Part shown: positions 55,087 to 64,000 of the stretch, piece by piece
How positions within the stretch are numbered: position 1 is the stretch's first letter
How the letters are laid out: the number at the start of each line of letters is the position of its first letter
Assembly (NCBI GenBank): GCA_963705305.1
Contig: OY970067.1
Span: 5,056,001 to 5,120,000, forward strand
DNA length: 64,000 nt
Direction of reading: 5' to 3'
DNA from: an uncultured Methylomirabilota bacterium
GTDB lineage: Bacteria; Methylomirabilota; Methylomirabilia; Methylomirabilales; 2-02-FULL-66-22
The notes under the pieces: generated by a model
What the model was told of the DNA's origin: nothing
The model's input: only the letters and a program-made list of their open reading frames with translations
The model's database searches: none
Program-made: the position numbers and the translations under genes

Positions 55087-55170
55087 CGGAACTCGGCAGG
55101 TCAGCCGCTCCCAGTTGGCACTCGCGAATTTCTCCCTGCCGGCCTCGTCGAGGGCTGTCTGTTCCAATCA

Positions 55171-55380
55171 TAATTGGGGACGTTGCCAATTTCGTCAACT
55201 TTCGGCGGTAACGACACCCCGCACCCCCACCCTCTTAACCCTCGGGGGCATCGGCCCCCATAATTGGGGACTCATGCAACTTTCGTCGTCTTTGAACTGG
55301 GGACCCAGGCGGAATCCGGGCTTGGCAGAAAGCTCTCCCTGGCGGAACAAGGTCAGCGCAGGCTGCCAGAACGCACCCCC
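55171..55380 (+). repeat. two further tandem diverged units of the same family
   Basis: TAATTGGGGACGTTGCCAATTTCGTC at 55171; TAATTGGGGACTCATGCAACTTTCGTCGTC at 55261. Confidence 0.75.
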
Positions 55381-55383
55381 TCC

Positions 55384-56484
55384 TCACCAGGCGGCGATGC
55401 CGTAGCTGGTGTTCTTGCTCCCCCCGGGATTGCGGACGAGGATCCCGCGATCCACCAGGTCCTTGAGGTCGCGCTGCGCCGTCGGCAGGGAGCACTTCAC
55501 CATGGCCTTCCACTTGGGCGCGGTCAGCTTGCCCTCGAACTCCCCGAGGAAACGGTCGAGCACGCTGCGCTGCCGCTCGTTGAAGGGCGTCAGGGGATGG
55601 TGCTGCCAGAACTCCGCCCGGCGGAGGACCCCGGCCGCCGCCTGCTCTGCCGCATCGATGGCCCTCGAGAAGCACTCCGTGAACCAGAGCAGCCGCGCCG
55701 TGACATCGAGATCGCCCCTCTGCGTCTGCTCCAGAGAGGCATAGTACTCCGGCCGCTCCCGCCGGATCTGGCTGGAGAGGCTGTAGAACCGCACCGGGGA
55801 ATTCTCCGAGCGCGCCAGGGCCATATCGGCCAGCGTGCGCGCGATCCGGCCGTTGCCGTCTTCGAGCGGGTGAATGGTAACGAACCAGAGATGCGCCAGC
55901 GCCGCGCACACGATGCCGTCCAGCCGGGGCGGCTCGTTGAACCAGGTCAGGAATGCCGCCATCTCCGCCTCGACCCGGTCGGCGGGTGGGGCTTGATAGT
56001 GCACGCGTTCTTGCCCGACGGGGCCCGAGCGGACCTGCATCGGGCCTTCCGTATCGTCTCGCCACCCGCCCACCTTAATCCGGCGCAATCCCGTGTATTC
56101 CGCTGGAAATAGGGCCGCGTGCCAGCCGAACAGGCGCTCGCGGGTTAATGGCACCCCGAAGTTCTTCGTCGCGTCCAGGGTCATCTCGACCAGCCCTTCC
56201 ACCCGCCGGTCCTCGGGACCGAGCGCCGCATCCGGCACCCCCAGGCGGCGCGCCACCGACGAGCGCACGCTTTCGCGCCGCAGGATCTCCCCCTCTATCT
56301 CTGCGTTCTTCACGGCCTCTTCCGTCACCGCATCCAGCTCGGCCTGGCATCGGAAAGCGGATCCGAGTCGCTCCATCCGCCCAAGGAATCGCCCCTGTTT
56401 TAAGTGAGCGGTTTCCAAAGGTCCTGCCAGCTTGCCAGCGTCCCATCGGAATTTTGGCCAGCCTGGCCGCTCCCATATGTACAT
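55384..56484 (-). CDS. Fic-family protein with N-terminal DUF4172 and C-terminal HTH
   Basis: YIWE..GWP.F, IEGE, SVRSS, HLWFVTIHPLEDGNGRIAR, TAQRDL. Confidence 0.92.
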   Translation of the reverse strand: MYIWERPGWPKFRWDAGKLAGPLETAHLKQGRFLGRMERLGSAFRCQAELDAVTEEAVKNAEIEGEILRRESVRSSVARRLGVPDAALGPEDRRVEGLVEMTLDATKNFGVPLTRERLFGWHAALFPAEYTGLRRIKVGGWRDDTEGPMQVRSGPVGQERVHYQAPPADRVEAEMAAFLTWFNEPPRLDGIVCAALAHLWFVTIHPLEDGNGRIARTLADMALARSENSPVRFYSLSSQIRRERPEYYASLEQTQRGDLDVTARLLWFTECFSRAIDAAEQAAAGVLRRAEFWQHHPLTPFNERQRSVLDRFLGEFEGKLTAPKWKAMVKCSLPTAQRDLKDLVDRGILVRNPGGSKNTSYGIAAW

Positions 56485-56582
56485 ATTCACCTCACTAACT
56501 GATGTGAATATAGATGGATTCGCATCAAAAGGCAATGATATTTACATCACTGTATGATGCGAATAGAGAGAGATTCATCTCA
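56485..56582. promoter_or_regulatory. repeated operator-like boxes upstream of fic
   Basis: about six ATTCRCATCA-like boxes in both orientations. Confidence 0.55.
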
Positions 56583-56739
56583 AGGCAGGAGGACGAAAGC
56601 GCAGAATGGTTCGAGATTGGGTGTGAGAGGCCCGCTCGACCGGCCTGTCAACAGACAGATGTATTCATAGCCGTCCGTGGTCCGGCGCCATCCCGCCCAA
56701 GGTCCCGCGGGTGATGCGAGCCGCCAGCCTCTTCCCCTA

Positions 56740-58059
56740 CTACTTCTCGGTTTCGGCCATGATGCGCTTGGTCTCGGCGGCGGCCTTGTTCACCGCGGCC
56801 CGGACATCGCCACCTTGGATCGAGGTCACGATGGCCGCGCCGATGGCGTCACGCACCTCGGCCGCGGCCAGCACGGGCGGGTTCCAGAGCGGCAATCCGA
56901 CCTTGGAGCCTTGCATCAGCGACTCGGCCAGGTCGGCAGGGACCTTGGCCTTCCCCTTTGGGTCGTTCCAGACAGACTCACGGCAGCCCAGGATCCCTTT
57001 CTCGATCTGGACGCTCAGCACCTGGGCCTTGCTGGTGGCCCACTGTAGAAAGAGCCAGGCGGCTTGCTGGTTCTTGCTGGTCTTGGGAATGGCCAGGCCC
57101 CATACGTACACCATCGATCCGTAATGTCCCTGGGGGCCACGCGGGAACATGGCATAGCCCACCCTGCCGAGGACCTTGGATTTCTGCGGATCCTCGACGA
57201 CCGACCACAAGCTGTTCGCCTCGGGGTACAGGGCCGCCTTGCCCTGCGAGAAGATGGACGAGGCTTCGTACCAGTGGTTGTTCTCCGAGCCCGGCGGCCC
57301 GTAGAGGCGGAGGAGGCGGCCCCACATGTCGAAGGCCTGAATTCCTTGTTCGCTGTTGAAGGCCGGCTCGCGGGTGGGTATGAGCCAAGTAGCCCCCATG
57401 GCGTGGAGCATGCCGGCGAACACGGAGGTGGCCGCGGCCCGCTTCCCCCTGGCCACAATGCCGAATCCGGGCTGGCCGTCATCGGTCATGGGCTTGCCGT
57501 TCAACGCCTTGGCGGCCGCCTCCAGCTCGGCCAGCGTGGTTGGGACCTTCACGTTATACTTCTGCAAGATGTCCTTCCGGTACATGAGGCCCATGGTCTC
57601 CGACTGGATCGGCGGGCCGATGAGCTTGCCCTCGACCGTCATGGCCTCCCGAGGTCCAGCCAGGAAGTCGGCCCAGTTGTAATCCGGCGCGGTGAGCGTG
57701 GGGTCTTTGAGGAAGGCGTCCACGGGCTGGTACCAGCCCGCCCGCATGTACTTCAGGCCCTCCTGCCCCGGCATGGTCATGAACACGTCGATGCTGCTGG
57801 CCCCCGAGGTGAGTTCGACCAGCGTCTTGGCGCGGAACTGATCCTCGGGGTAGACCTCGATGACAAGCTTGATGCCGGTGAGGGCCTCGAAGTCCTTCAG
57901 GTGGGGCTCAATTGCCGCCTGCCAGGGATGCTTGTTGAGCAGGACCCGGAGCTGCATCCCCTTGAACTGCTGCCAATTGAACTCGGCCGCCTGGGCCACC
58001 GAGGCATACGCCAACCCGAGCAGCAAGGTAGCGGCCAATAGTCTTCGCGTCATCCGCAT
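56740..58059 (-). CDS. orphan sugar ABC substrate-binding protein
   Basis: signal peptide; FEALTGIK, YRKD, PTTL.EL, FSQGKAA, AAWLFLQWATS. Confidence 0.9.
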   Translation of the reverse strand: MRMTRRLLAATLLLGLAYASVAQAAEFNWQQFKGMQLRVLLNKHPWQAAIEPHLKDFEALTGIKLVIEVYPEDQFRAKTLVELTSGASSIDVFMTMPGQEGLKYMRAGWYQPVDAFLKDPTLTAPDYNWADFLAGPREAMTVEGKLIGPPIQSETMGLMYRKDILQKYNVKVPTTLAELEAAAKALNGKPMTDDGQPGFGIVARGKRAAATSVFAGMLHAMGATWLIPTREPAFNSEQGIQAFDMWGRLLRLYGPPGSENNHWYEASSIFSQGKAALYPEANSLWSVVEDPQKSKVLGRVGYAMFPRGPQGHYGSMVYVWGLAIPKTSKNQQAAWLFLQWATSKAQVLSVQIEKGILGCRESVWNDPKGKAKVPADLAESLMQGSKVGLPLWNPPVLAAAEVRDAIGAAIVTSIQGGDVRAAVNKAAAETKRIMAETEK

Positions 58060-58675
58060 GGCACATCCTCCTTTACTATTCGCTGGCCTCAGAACCCGTC
58101 CCTGCGCCGCTACCGCTCGTCACGATGCCCCTTTGGGTCACACCGTCCTCGGAACCTATCATCAAGTGTCCCGCCCGGGACAGCAATGCTCTCGCCGGCT
58201 CGTCCAGTGAGAGCATTGAGAATGTGGTCGACCGAGGCGTCTGCACGATCCCCCCACCGCACGAACACGTCCATCGGGTCTGCCGATCATTGCGGTGTCT
58301 CATACCCGATCGGACGGCTTGCTGTGAAGGAGGATCCTCCCGTTGTCATAAAAGCAGGACGTTCCCCCGTGAGAGTCCTGGACATGACGCTTGCGGTGCC
58401 CGGAGGGCGATAGCCCTCATGCAGGGGGGACACATACAAAGGGAGTAGGCTTAATAGACGTAGGAGGCGGTATCTACCGAAGATATGAAACTGGATCGGC
58501 TGACCCGGCCAGGCGGCAGTTCGCGCGCTCCCTCCGGAATTGCGTATCCAAGCAGGAGGCCTCCCGAAAAGCTGTATCACTCGGCCGGAGGACTTGGTCA
58601 GGCGGAGGCGGTGCCGGCTAGGTAGTGGCTGAGGGGTTATGCTGGAGGGTCCCCGGGGCGCCACCTCCGGGCTTC

Positions 58676-59557
58676 TCACCGCATGCGCCTGGCAAGGCGC
58701 GGGTCCAGCAGGTCTCGCAGGCCGTCCCCCACCAGATTGATGGACAGGACCGTGGTCGCGAGGAACAACCCCGGGAAGAGCAGCAGCCAGAAGTCCACCC
58801 GGACGTATGAGCGCGCCTCGGCCATGATGTTGCCCCAGCTCGGAATCTCCGGAGGGGTTCCGGCCCCCAGGAAGCTCAGTCCTGCCTCGATCAGGACGGC
58901 CGACGCCATCACGTAGGTGGCCTGCACGATGAGGGGGGCAACGGTGTTTGGCAAAAGATGCCGCAGCAGCACGCGGGGCACGCGACTCCCCAGGGCCTGC
59001 GCGGCCTCGACGTAGGGCTGTTCGCGCAGGATCAGCACGATCCCGCGCACCAGGCGCACCATCCGAGGGATCTGGGGGATAACCAGAGCGATGATGACGT
59101 TTCGCACGCTGGCCGCGGTAAGCGCCACGAACGAAATGGCCAAGAGAAGATCCGGCAGGGCCATGATCCCATCCATGGCCCGCATGATGAGGTCATCCAG
59201 CTTCCGGAGAAAGCCGCTGATGAGGCCGACGGCGAGGCCGACGCCCGAGGTGATCAGCCCCACCACCAGGCCCACGAAGAGAGATACCCGGCTGCCGTAG
59301 ACGACCCGGCTGTAGGAATCCCGCCCGTACATGTCGGTGCCGAACCAGTGGGAACCGCTCGGCATGCGCAAGCGTTGGGCGGGATTCATATCGAGCGGAT
59401 CCACCGTCCCGAGGTACGGCGCGAAGACGGCGAGGAGGACCATGAGGAGCAGCAGGAGACCACCCGCCACCATGGTCGGATTGCGCCGGATGAAGCGCCG
59501 CCCCTTCTGCCATGACGTCAACTGATCGTAGGGGATGCCGCCCGGCTCGTCGCGCAT
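58676..59557 (-). CDS. peptide/nickel ABC permease (DppC-like)
   Basis: HWFGTD.YGRD, YVEAAQALG, HLLPN, EAGLSFLG, SWG. Confidence 0.93.
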   Translation of the reverse strand: MRDEPGGIPYDQLTSWQKGRRFIRRNPTMVAGGLLLLLMVLLAVFAPYLGTVDPLDMNPAQRLRMPSGSHWFGTDMYGRDSYSRVVYGSRVSLFVGLVVGLITSGVGLAVGLISGFLRKLDDLIMRAMDGIMALPDLLLAISFVALTAASVRNVIIALVIPQIPRMVRLVRGIVLILREQPYVEAAQALGSRVPRVLLRHLLPNTVAPLIVQATYVMASAVLIEAGLSFLGAGTPPEIPSWGNIMAEARSYVRVDFWLLLFPGLFLATTVLSINLVGDGLRDLLDPRLARRMR

Positions 59558-59594
59558 TTGGGCATACCTTCGGGGACGCCCCGGTCCGGCTGGC

Positions 59595-60536
59595 CTAATA
59601 GCGGATGCGGGGGTCGAACAGGGTGTAGGCGATGTCCACTGCCAGGTTGACCAGGGCGTACATGAAGGCGAAGATCAGCGTCACTCCCTGGATGATCGCG
59701 TAGTCCCGCTGCAGCACCGCGTCGACCACCAGGCGACCAAGTCCCGGAAGCGCAAACACGCTCTCCGTGATGACGACGCCGCCAATAAGCAGGGCGAACC
59801 CTACGCCGATCGTGGTGAGGACGGGAACGGCGGCGTTCTTCAGGGCGTGCAAAAAAAGCACGCTGGTGGGCCGCAGCCCCTTGGCGTAGGCGGTGCGGAT
59901 GTACTCTGATTGCAGCACCTCGAGCACACTGGCGCGGGTGATGCGCGCAAGGAGCGCCACGTAGGCCATCCCCAGGGCGAGCGTCAGGAGGACCAGGTGC
60001 TTGGCGAATGGGATGAATCCTTGGCGGAAGCTCACGTAGCCCTCCACCGGGAGCAGGTCGAGCTTCACCGAGAAGACGAAGATGAGGAGGAAGCCCAGCC
60101 AGAAGATGGGAACGGAAAAGCCCCCTACCGCGAAAACCATGACCGCCCGGTCGATCAGCGAGCCGGCCTTCCAGGCCGCGAGGATGCCCAGCGGGATGGC
60201 TACCAGGATCGCGAAGGTGATCGTGCTCACCGCCAGGGCTATCGTGGGCTCGGCCCGCTGCAGGATGAGCTGGCGGACGGGCAGCCGCGAGTGCAGCGAG
60301 ACCCCCAGGTCTCCCTTGACGAGGCTCGTCACGTACAGGGCGAACTGCACATGGATCGGCTTGTCCAGGCCGAGCCCGGTGCGGATCTTCTGGATAGTCT
60401 CCGGGGTGGCGTAATCGCCGGCGATGATGGCTGCCGGGTCTCCGGGGGCGATGCGCACCAGGAGGAACACAAACACCACCACGACGCCCATGACAGGCAA
60501 GGTTGCCAGGATGCGTCGTAGGATGTACGCCAGCAT
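59595..60536 (-). CDS. peptide/nickel ABC permease (DppB-like)
   Basis: PGDPA, GLDKP, GDLG.S, EYIRTAYAKG, HALKNA, DPRIR. Confidence 0.94.
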   Translation of the reverse strand: MLAYILRRILATLPVMGVVVVFVFLLVRIAPGDPAAIIAGDYATPETIQKIRTGLGLDKPIHVQFALYVTSLVKGDLGVSLHSRLPVRQLILQRAEPTIALAVSTITFAILVAIPLGILAAWKAGSLIDRAVMVFAVGGFSVPIFWLGFLLIFVFSVKLDLLPVEGYVSFRQGFIPFAKHLVLLTLALGMAYVALLARITRASVLEVLQSEYIRTAYAKGLRPTSVLFLHALKNAAVPVLTTIGVGFALLIGGVVITESVFALPGLGRLVVDAVLQRDYAIIQGVTLIFAFMYALVNLAVDIAYTLFDPRIRY

Positions 60537-60616
60537 GGAGAACCCCTTCGACCGGAGACCGGGGCTGCGGGGACCGGCAGTCCAGCCGTCAGCCCCCGCA
60601 GCGAGGCGAGTCCCGC

Positions 60617-62215
60617 CTATTGCTTCACCATGTTCCAGAATACAGTAAAGGGCGTCTCGATGATGTGGCTGAGACGGTCCTTCCGGTAGGCAGCGTACTG
60701 GAAGAACTCGCCGACCGGGACGTACGGGATATCCTCCATCAGGGCGCTGTGGTACTCGGCCAGCCCTTTCTTGAACGCGTCGGTGCCCGGGGTCAGATCG
60801 GCCAGCTCATCCAGCGCCTTGCTCGCGCGGGGCGAGCAGGCCCAGCCGAACCAGGCTTTGTCACAGGCCGTAGAGATATTGGCATGCCCCCAGGGATCCT
60901 TCACCGCGGCGGAGGGAGACGTGGTGTGAAAGATGTGCCAGCCGGCCGGGTTCTTGGAGGGTGGGTCCTTGATCGGCCGGCGCGAGGTGAGCGTTCCCCA
61001 ATCCATAATCTGCAAGTCCACGTTCACTCCCAGCTTTCTGAGCATAGCCGCGGTGGTGAGGGAGGCCGCGTAGATGGCGAGAAAGTCGCTGGGGGCCATG
61101 ACCACGATCTTCTCCCCCTTGTAGCCCGCCTCGGCAAGGAGCTGCTTCGCTCGGCCCAAGTCCTGCTTTTTCAGCAGATCCGCGCCGATATCCGTCTCGA
61201 GCCAACTCTTGCAGCCCAGATAGGAGTAGCAGGTCCGCCAGTTCTGCGAATCCCCGGCGATGGCCTGCAGGTAGTCCGGTTGATTCACCATCAGCATGAG
61301 GGCCTGGCGAGCCTTGACGTTGTCGAAGGGCGGCACCAAGTGGTTCGGGTGGATCTGCATCTGGTAGACATCTTCCAGATACATGCCCACCGCGGGGTCT
61401 TTGCGCAGCAGCAGCCACTGGTCAACCTGTGGGCGCTGGAGGTAGTCCACCTCCCCCTTTTCCAGGGCGGCCACGGCGGTGGACTGGTCGGGGATGACGA
61501 TCCACTCGACGCGCTCGACGTTCACCTTCTTGCCGCCCGCGTAATAGCTGGCCGGCTCCTTGCGGGGCACGTAATCCTTGAATCTTACATAGACGGCCTT
61601 CGCACCCGGCACCCATTCGTTCTCCACGAACATGAAGGGACCCGAGCCGATCTTCGGCCCCTCGAAGGGTTTCGAGGGATCCTGCACCGCCTCCTGCTCG
61701 GGCAGGATGAAGGGCACATAGCTGTACTCCTTGGCCAGCGCCCGGATGGTGAGCCCATAGGGCTCCTTGAGCTTGAGGACGAACGTCCGGTCATTCGTCG
61801 CCTCGAGCGAGGCGGTGCGGGCGAAGAGCTTCTGACCCGCTGCGTCCTTCACCCCCCAGCGCTTGAGGGAGGCGACGGCGTCGGCCGACCGCACCGGCTT
61901 GCCGTCGTGCCATTTGAGCCCGGGACGCAGGGTGAAAGTGTAGGTCAGCTTGTCCGGACTCACCCGATAGTTGTCCACCATCTGCGGCTGCGGCTGGCCC
62001 TTCGCGTCCAGCGCAAACAGGGTGTCGTAGATCATGTAGCCGTGATTCTGCGTGATGTCCGCAGTCGTGAAGAGCGGATCGAAGAACTTGAGATCGGCAT
62101 GCATGACGGCGCGCACCGTCTGCGCCTTGGCCTGGCCGACCACAGGCGGAGCGAACGCAAGACATCCTAAGATCAGCAGTGCCAGGATTCCCCTTGCGAC
62201 CGTGCGTCTTCGCAT
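60617..62215 (-). CDS. ABC substrate-binding protein, family 5
   Basis: IYDTLF, YTFTLRPGLKWHDG, GSGPF, PPFDN.KARQA; AGGAGG RBS. Confidence 0.93.
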   Translation of the reverse strand: MRRRTVARGILALLILGCLAFAPPVVGQAKAQTVRAVMHADLKFFDPLFTTADITQNHGYMIYDTLFALDAKGQPQPQMVDNYRVSPDKLTYTFTLRPGLKWHDGKPVRSADAVASLKRWGVKDAAGQKLFARTASLEATNDRTFVLKLKEPYGLTIRALAKEYSYVPFILPEQEAVQDPSKPFEGPKIGSGPFMFVENEWVPGAKAVYVRFKDYVPRKEPASYYAGGKKVNVERVEWIVIPDQSTAVAALEKGEVDYLQRPQVDQWLLLRKDPAVGMYLEDVYQMQIHPNHLVPPFDNVKARQALMLMVNQPDYLQAIAGDSQNWRTCYSYLGCKSWLETDIGADLLKKQDLGRAKQLLAEAGYKGEKIVVMAPSDFLAIYAASLTTAAMLRKLGVNVDLQIMDWGTLTSRRPIKDPPSKNPAGWHIFHTTSPSAAVKDPWGHANISTACDKAWFGWACSPRASKALDELADLTPGTDAFKKGLAEYHSALMEDIPYVPVGEFFQYAAYRKDRLSHIIETPFTVFWNMVKQ

Positions 62216-62356
62216 GGTTCGACCTCCTCCTGTTTGAGGACAAGCCACGAGGACTCGGATCCTCCGATACCCGCGAGCTCTGGTTATGCGAAACAAGGCG
62301 CTCTGCGTCGCTGCCGGGTCCTCCTGCGTCGCCATCTTCGTCCAGTGGCGACCCGT

Positions 62357-63085
62357 TCACTGCTGTCTCGAAGCCGCTGTGCGCTGTAATCGCCCCCCAG
62401 CTTGGTCGAGGTGCTCCTTCATGGCGGCGCGCGCCCTCATGGGATCGTGCCCCCTGATCGCTTCGACAATCGGGATGTGCTCGTGGAGCGAGGAGGGCAT
62501 TCCCTCAACCTCTCGGATGCTCTTGAAGATCCAATTACGAATGATGTGCTGAAGCGTCTCCAGCAGATCAAGAAGAACCTCATTATGGGCGCCGCGCGCG
62601 ACGGCCAGATGGAACCGAATATCGGCCTCGGCGTACCGTTCAACATCTTCTTGGCGCAAGCGCATCTCGAAAAGCCCCTCTTCTATCGCGGCCACTTCCT
62701 CGGCGCTGGCCCGCTGGGCCGCGAGCCCGGCCAACTCCACTTCCAGCAGGTGCCGCGCCTCGATCAATTCGGCCGTGCCGCGCCCTCCCATCAAGAAGCC
62801 GAGCGAGAGGGGTTTCGCCAGAAGGGAGAGGTTGCCGTTCCCCACGAACATCCCGGCCCCGGGAACGATCTGTACGACGCCGATCGCATTTAGTATCTTA
62901 ATAGCTTCACGTATAGACGAACGACCGACGGAAAACCTGGTAACGAGCTCCCGTTCTGTGGGAAGCTTGTCGCCCGGCCTCATCCCCAGGTCTGTGATGA
63001 TGCTGAGGATTCGTTTGATAATCTCTTCGGTGAGATTTGCTCGATGGATGGGGGAATAATGGTCGGTTTCAGCCACCGGGACCAC
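62357..63085 (-). CDS. FadR/GntR-family regulator
   Basis: PGDKLPTEREL, VGRSSIREA, D.RFH, H..I.EAI. Confidence 0.93.
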   Translation of the reverse strand: MVPVAETDHYSPIHRANLTEEIIKRILSIITDLGMRPGDKLPTERELVTRFSVGRSSIREAIKILNAIGVVQIVPGAGMFVGNGNLSLLAKPLSLGFLMGGRGTAELIEARHLLEVELAGLAAQRASAEEVAAIEEGLFEMRLRQEDVERYAEADIRFHLAVARGAHNEVLLDLLETLQHIIRNWIFKSIREVEGMPSSLHEHIPIVEAIRGHDPMRARAAMKEHLDQAGGRLQRTAASRQQ

Positions 63086-63110
63086 CTATGGTGAATCTGG
63101 AAGCTGATTC

Positions 63111-63141
63111 CATCAGACAACAGACAGCAGATCAACTGATG
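63111..63141. promoter_or_regulatory. putative FadR operator
   Basis: CATCAG...CTGATG palindrome enclosing CAGACAA-CAGACAG-CAGATCA repeats. Confidence 0.5.
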
Positions 63142-63414
63142 TCCGGAAATATATGTCAGACTTTACCCATGTCAAGATCTAGTATAGAACCATAGAGGTT
63201 TCAGCGGGGACCTGCAATCCCTGGCGCCGTTGAGCTGGCGGCCCAGGTTGATACGCAAGCCCGGCAGAAAGGCTTCCGCGACGGGAGGAAACGAGTGCGA
63301 ACTGACGGAATTTATGGCGTCCCCGATTTCTGGCGGCCTGCCTGTCGGTTGACCTGGTAAAATAGATTTGGTATGCAGTGGACGTGAGCCACCGCCGACG
63401 AAGGACGCCGAGAA

Positions 63415-63936
63415 ATGCGATCACGGGACATCCGCTGGGCATATGAGGTCCTGGGTCTCCCTTTTGGAGCCTCGCCCGCCGACGTGCGGGAGGCCTACCG
63501 GGATCTCATCGCCGTCTGGCACCCCGACCGGTTTCAGGGGAATGCCCGCCTGGTGGAGCGCGCCACCCAGAAGACGCAGGAGATCAACGCGGCATATGCG
63601 TTGATTCGCCGCTACGAGCAATCGGCCCCTTCCCATTCCGCGCCTCCGCCCCCGCCGCGCTCCGAGAAGACGAACGGCGGACGAACAACGCAGGCCGGCC
63701 AGCCGCCCTTCTCGGGGTGGCCTGGCCAGGGCCAGCCCCCCTGGATGCGGCGCGGAACGCTCTCCGGGATCGTTTACGGCATCCTCATCGTCGGCCTGAT
63801 TCTCTACTTCCTCGCCGATGTCGAATTCGCGGCGCTGGCCATGGGGGAGATCCTGGACACGCTCGGGGTGGTCGCCGTCGTGGCGTGCGGAGTCTGGCTT
63901 GCGCTACGGGCCCTCCGCGGCACGCCGAAGCGATGA
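63415..63936 (+). CDS. J-domain protein with C-terminal membrane anchor
   Basis: AYEVLGL, AYR, WHPDR, INAAY; two TM helices. Confidence 0.88.
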   Translation: MRSRDIRWAYEVLGLPFGASPADVREAYRDLIAVWHPDRFQGNARLVERATQKTQEINAAYALIRRYEQSAPSHSAPPPPPRSEKTNGGRTTQAGQPPFSGWPGQGQPPWMRRGTLSGIVYGILIVGLILYFLADVEFAALAMGEILDTLGVVAVVACGVWLALRALRGTPKR

Positions 63937-64000
63937 CCTGACCCTCAAGGGCGGACGGCGTCTCCCGCGGCTGGCCTCCCGCGGGACCCTGCTCGAGAAG

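Noticed and set aside
54958..55380. Tandem units as XerC/D dif sites or CRISPR repeats
   Set aside because: No XerD TTATGTTAAAT half-site; units too divergent and long for CRISPR

Overview
GC-rich bacterial chromosome segment. Gene content and the intergenic repeat style suggest an uncultured lineage such as Methylomirabilota/Rokubacteria, but this is tentative. 1-33.5 kb is mostly core and stress genes: tRNA-Gly, nth, an ars operon with DUF5714, mgsA, a DASS transporter, an intact IS1380, pgm-ackA, and the site-2 protease-trpS-guaB-guaA-dnaE-accA run. 33.8-38.8 kb is a redox cluster punctuated by three nested MITE-like repeats. About 38.9-56.6 kb is a visibly lower-GC accessory island (sugar ABC + URO-D-family gene, IS110, small basic protein, CAAX protease, TRAP/TatD/Fe-ADH/GntR module, Fic). 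Transporter genes and regulators follow. Two things stand out. (1) An ECF sigma factor is coupled to one protein that fuses a zinc anti-sigma domain, an O6-methylguanine methyltransferase and an Ada-type Zn domain, with a duplicated bipartite promoter-like motif; this is a candidate alkylation-sensing sigma/anti-sigma system. (2) The accessory island is cut into modules by co-oriented TAATYGGRG sites and ~128-bp TIR elements, next to an IS110 recombinase with a long 3' non-coding end. All calls come from reading the sequence; no searches were run.
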